Shown here in pieces: positions 61,496 to 64,000 of a stretch of 64,000 nt of DNA. This DNA comes from an uncultured Actinomycetota bacterium (GTDB lineage: Bacteria; Actinomycetota; Actinomycetes; Propionibacteriales; Nocardioidaceae), in NCBI GenBank assembly GCA_963791105.1, contig CAWBRA010000008.1, positions 13,458 through 77,457 of the forward strand. The letters are read 5' to 3'. Every line of letters starts with the position of its first letter. Positions within the stretch are counted from its first letter, which is position 1. A model generated the notes under the pieces. The model was not told the origin of the DNA, made no database searches, and worked only from the letters and a program-made list of their open reading frames with translations. A program made the translations under genes and the position numbers.

Positions 61496-62850
61496 TAGTG
61501 GGATCGCTCAGCGGCAACCAGCTGCAGCCCGGGGGCCGCCGGGGTGGGGCAGCACCCGGACGCGGCGGGCTCGCCGGGGAGGTCGAAGGCCGCGGCACCG
61601 TTGCACACCCCGGTCTCCGGCAGCACCAGGTCGACCCGGTCGGCGGCCGCCAGGTCGCCGTCGAGGGCGGCGACCACCGAACGCACCTGCTCGAAGCCGG
61701 TCATCGCCAGGAACGACGGCGCGCGCCCGTAGGACTTCATCCCGACGAGGAACAGCCCCTGCTCGGGCTGGGCCAGCTCGCGGTGTCCGTGCGGACGCAC
61801 GTCGCCACAGCTGTGGTGGTCCGGGTGGATCTGGTCGGCCAGGATCCGGGCCGCGCCGAGCGCCGGGTCGAGGTCGAGGCGCACCTCGGCGAGGAAGGTC
61901 AGGTCCGGACGGAAGCCGGTGACCACGACCACCTCGTCCACGTCGCGCACCTGCTGCCCGTCGACCGACGTGAGGGTCAGCCGACCGTCGGCTTGGGCGG
62001 CCACGGACTCGGTGCGGAAGCTGGTCAGCCGAGTGACGTGACTGCCGGACGCAGCCGCCCGCGCGGCCAGACCGAGCCGACCACGCTCTTCGAGCTGGTC
62101 GTTGTCCCCGCCACCGAAGGCATCCCCGACGTCGGGCCGCCGCAGCAGCCAGGACACCCGGGTCGGCGCACCCGCGCTCGCTTCCTGCCCGGCGAGTGCG
62201 GCCAGACCGACCAGTACCCCCTGCGCCGAGGCGCCCTTGCCGGCCACCACCACGTGCTTGCCGGCGTACCGCGCGGCGACGGACGGGTCGGCGAGGTCGG
62301 GGATGCCGTAGCTGATGTGCTCGGCGAAGTCCTTCTCCCCCAGGGCCGGGTAGCCGTCCGCACCCAGCGGGTTCGGCTGCCCCCAGGTGCCCGAGGCGTC
62401 CACGACGGCACCGGCGAGGAGCCGCTCGGGCCCGGCCTGCGTCTGGACGTGTACGACGAACGGGTCGGCCTCCCGGCCGGAGTCGACCAGCAGGTCGCGC
62501 CCGAGGCGGCTGACTCCGACGACGCGGGACCGGTAGCGCACGGCCCCACCGGGACGGGCGGTGAGCAGGTCGGCCAACGGACGCAGGTAGTGCGTGCGCC
62601 ACTCGCCCCCGGTCGGGACGGCGCGGTCGTCGGGCGCGACCCAACCCGCCGCGGCGAGCAGTCGGCGTGCCGCGGGGTCGATCAGCTCCGACCACGGGGA
62701 GAACAGCCGCACGTGCGACCACTCGCCCACCGCGGCCCCGGCCTCCGGGCCGGCCTCGAGGACCACGTGGGCGAGGCCTCGCTCCGCGGCCTGGGCAGCA
62801 GCTGCGAGACCGATGGGACCGGCACCGATGATGACGAGTGGGTGTTGCAT
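61495..62850 (-). CDS. FAD/NAD(P)-binding oxidoreductase with a Cys-rich C-terminus
   Basis: LVIIGAGPIGLAAA dinucleotide fold and a second VVVAGKGASA fold. C-terminal GVCNGAAAFDLPGEPAASGCCP. Confidence 0.75.
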   Translation of the reverse strand: MQHPLVIIGAGPIGLAAAAQAAERGLAHVVLEAGPEAGAAVGEWSHVRLFSPWSELIDPAARRLLAAAGWVAPDDRAVPTGGEWRTHYLRPLADLLTARPGGAVRYRSRVVGVSRLGRDLLVDSGREADPFVVHVQTQAGPERLLAGAVVDASGTWGQPNPLGADGYPALGEKDFAEHISYGIPDLADPSVAARYAGKHVVVAGKGASAQGVLVGLAALAGQEASAGAPTRVSWLLRRPDVGDAFGGGDNDQLEERGRLGLAARAAASGSHVTRLTSFRTESVAAQADGRLTLTSVDGQQVRDVDEVVVVTGFRPDLTFLAEVRLDLDPALGAARILADQIHPDHHSCGDVRPHGHRELAQPEQGLFLVGMKSYGRAPSFLAMTGFEQVRSVVAALDGDLAAADRVDLVLPETGVCNGAAAFDLPGEPAASGCCPTPAAPGLQLVAAERSH

Positions 62851-62872
62851 GAGGGGCTCCTTCGGCGATAAT

Positions 62873-62917
62873 CATCGACCACTGTCGATGGAAGGACTAT
62901 ATCGATGCCTATCGATG
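62873..62917. promoter_or_regulatory. ATCGA(C/T) repeat array in the divergent ars promoter region
   Basis: CATCGAC-cact-GTCGATG inverted repeat at 62873-62890, plus two direct TATCGATG copies at 62900 and 62910. The region is locally AT-rich. Confidence 0.4.
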
Positions 62918-62939
62918 TAGGCAAGGTACAGTTCCTGCC

Positions 62940-63812
62940 ATGACCCCGTCAGCCTCCGTCACCGTCGCCAGCGAGGGCGCCGTCGCACCGAGCCCGACCC
63001 TGAGCCGCGCCGAGGCGGAGCGCTACGCCGAGTGGTTCGCCCTGCTGGCCGACCCGACCCGGGTCTCGCTGCTGCACGAGCTCTCCACCGCACCCCCGGG
63101 CGCGCTGCGCATCGGCGAGCTGGCCCAGCGGCTCGGCATCAGCCAGTCCACCTGCTCGCACCACGTGGAGATGCTGCGGAAGGTCGGCTTCGTCGTCGTC
63201 GACAAGGTCGGGACCTCGAGCATGGTCACGGTCAACCCGGCCTGCTGCACCGGGCTGCCACACGCGGCCGACGTCGTGATGGGTGCGCTCGCGTCCCGCC
63301 CGTGCTGTCCCAGCGACCTGCCGGCGGACGTGCGGGTGCGCGCCGTGGACGACAGCGACCTGGACGCGGTCCTGCGCATCTACGCCGAAGGGCTGGCGAC
63401 GCGGAACGCCACCTTCGAGACCACCGTGCCCACGGCGAGGCAGATGCGCGACAGATGGATCCCCGGTCTTGCCTGGGTCGCCGAGGTCGGTGGCGAGGTG
63501 GCGGGGTGGACGGCGGTGCTGCCGGTCTCGACCCGCTCCTGCTACTCGGGGGTCGGGGAGAGCACCGTCTACGTCGCCGAGGCCGCCCGCGGTCGCGGGG
63601 TCGGCAAGACGCTCCTGCACGCTCAGGTCACCGGCGCTGACGCCGCCGGGCTGTGGACGTTGCAGACCTCGATCTTCCCCGAGAACCGCGCGAGCCTCGC
63701 GCTGCACCACTCCGCGGGCTACCGCACCCTCGCCGTGCGCAGCCGCATCGCCCAGCTCGACGGGGTCTGGCGGGACACCGTCCTGCTCGAGCGGCGCAGT
63801 GACCTCGGCTGA
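62940..63812 (+). CDS. ArsR-family HTH fused to a GNAT (phosphinothricin/ArsN-like) N-acetyltransferase
   Basis: N-terminal FALLADPTRVSLLHEL...SQSTCSHHVEMLRKVGFV. Linker with two Cys pairs (NPACCTG and RPCCPS). C-terminal GNAT motif A RGRGVGKTLL. Confidence 0.8.
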   Translation: MTPSASVTVASEGAVAPSPTLSRAEAERYAEWFALLADPTRVSLLHELSTAPPGALRIGELAQRLGISQSTCSHHVEMLRKVGFVVVDKVGTSSMVTVNPACCTGLPHAADVVMGALASRPCCPSDLPADVRVRAVDDSDLDAVLRIYAEGLATRNATFETTVPTARQMRDRWIPGLAWVAEVGGEVAGWTAVLPVSTRSCYSGVGESTVYVAEAARGRGVGKTLLHAQVTGADAAGLWTLQTSIFPENRASLALHHSAGYRTLAVRSRIAQLDGVWRDTVLLERRSDLG

Positions 63813-64000
63813 CCCTGGCCCCGAGCCGAGCAGGGCGGTCCGAGTCACGGTCGTCGGGGCCGGGCAGTCGGGACTGGCCACCGGCTACTTCCTGCAGCGA
63901 GCGGGCCTGGAGCCCGGAGTCGACTTCGCGCTCGTCGACGCCGCGGACCATCCCGGTGGCGCGTGGGCGCGCATGTGGGACGGTCTGCGGCTGTTCTCAC
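63799..64000 (+). CDS. ArsO-like flavin-dependent monooxygenase (5' partial, runs off the window)
   Basis: VTVVGAGQSGLATGYFLQRAGLEPGVDFALVDAADHPGGAWARMWDGLRLFS. The GTG 63799 start is tentative. Confidence 0.55.
   Translation, partial: MTSADPGPEPSRAVRVTVVGAGQSGLATGYFLQRAGLEPGVDFALVDAADHPGGAWARMWDGLRLFS

Overview
High-GC (by eye roughly 70%, not computed) actinobacterial chromosomal segment. The gene content looks like Nocardioides or other Propionibacteriales, but I cannot verify the taxon. I support about 70 protein-coding genes and recognised no rRNA, tRNA or CRISPR array. Many long ORFs in the supplied track are antisense or alternate-frame artefacts of high GC, or fusions of an artefactual N-terminus to a real gene. 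I re-derived starts from RBS, 4-nt overlaps and protein sense.

Layout:
- 1-5949: integrase-proximal end of an integrative mobilisable/conjugative element. It has an intact MobF/TrwC relaxase-helicase and an XRE regulator. The xis and int genes are each broken by a single-base frameshift. A translationally coupled two-gene cassette (4802-5949) that I cannot assign to any family follows; this is my best candidate for an undescribed, possibly defence/TA-like, system.
- 6280-15465: ychF, a translationally coupled fadD-phaC-phaZ-acyl-CoA dehydrogenase operon, and a DUF3516-type DEAD/DEAH helicase.
- 15519-19310: a TraR/DksA protein, then an ECF sigma/anti-sigma pair divergent from a His-tract secreted protein plus a TAT Rieske lipoprotein, then xthA.
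- 19332-20890: a structured repeat family with short and long forms, surrounding and gutting a DUF222/HNH pseudogene.
- 20932-31100: housekeeping block (rmuC, ispH, xseAB, glpX and others).
- 31111-37650: LacI / GH32-like / MsiK-like plus ABC sugar-uptake locus.
- 38340-45843: class I and class II fumarases flanking a G-quadruplex-type (CAGGG)5 tract and an FN3-rich secreted protein.
- 45883-49943: five-gene DUF4129/MoxR/DUF58 operon.
- 49945-57388: DUF305 locus, an SLT hydrolase with a structured leader, PIN-PhoH2 with a possible upstream small ORF, uppS, a frameshifted hemolysin-III gene, and a palindrome plus 55-bp tandem-repeat block.
- 58302-64000: extended ars island (arsC, acr3, arsR, MFS, FAD oxidoreductase, an ArsR-GNAT fusion, and an ArsO-like partial gene).

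All family calls come from reading motifs by eye. No database search was run.
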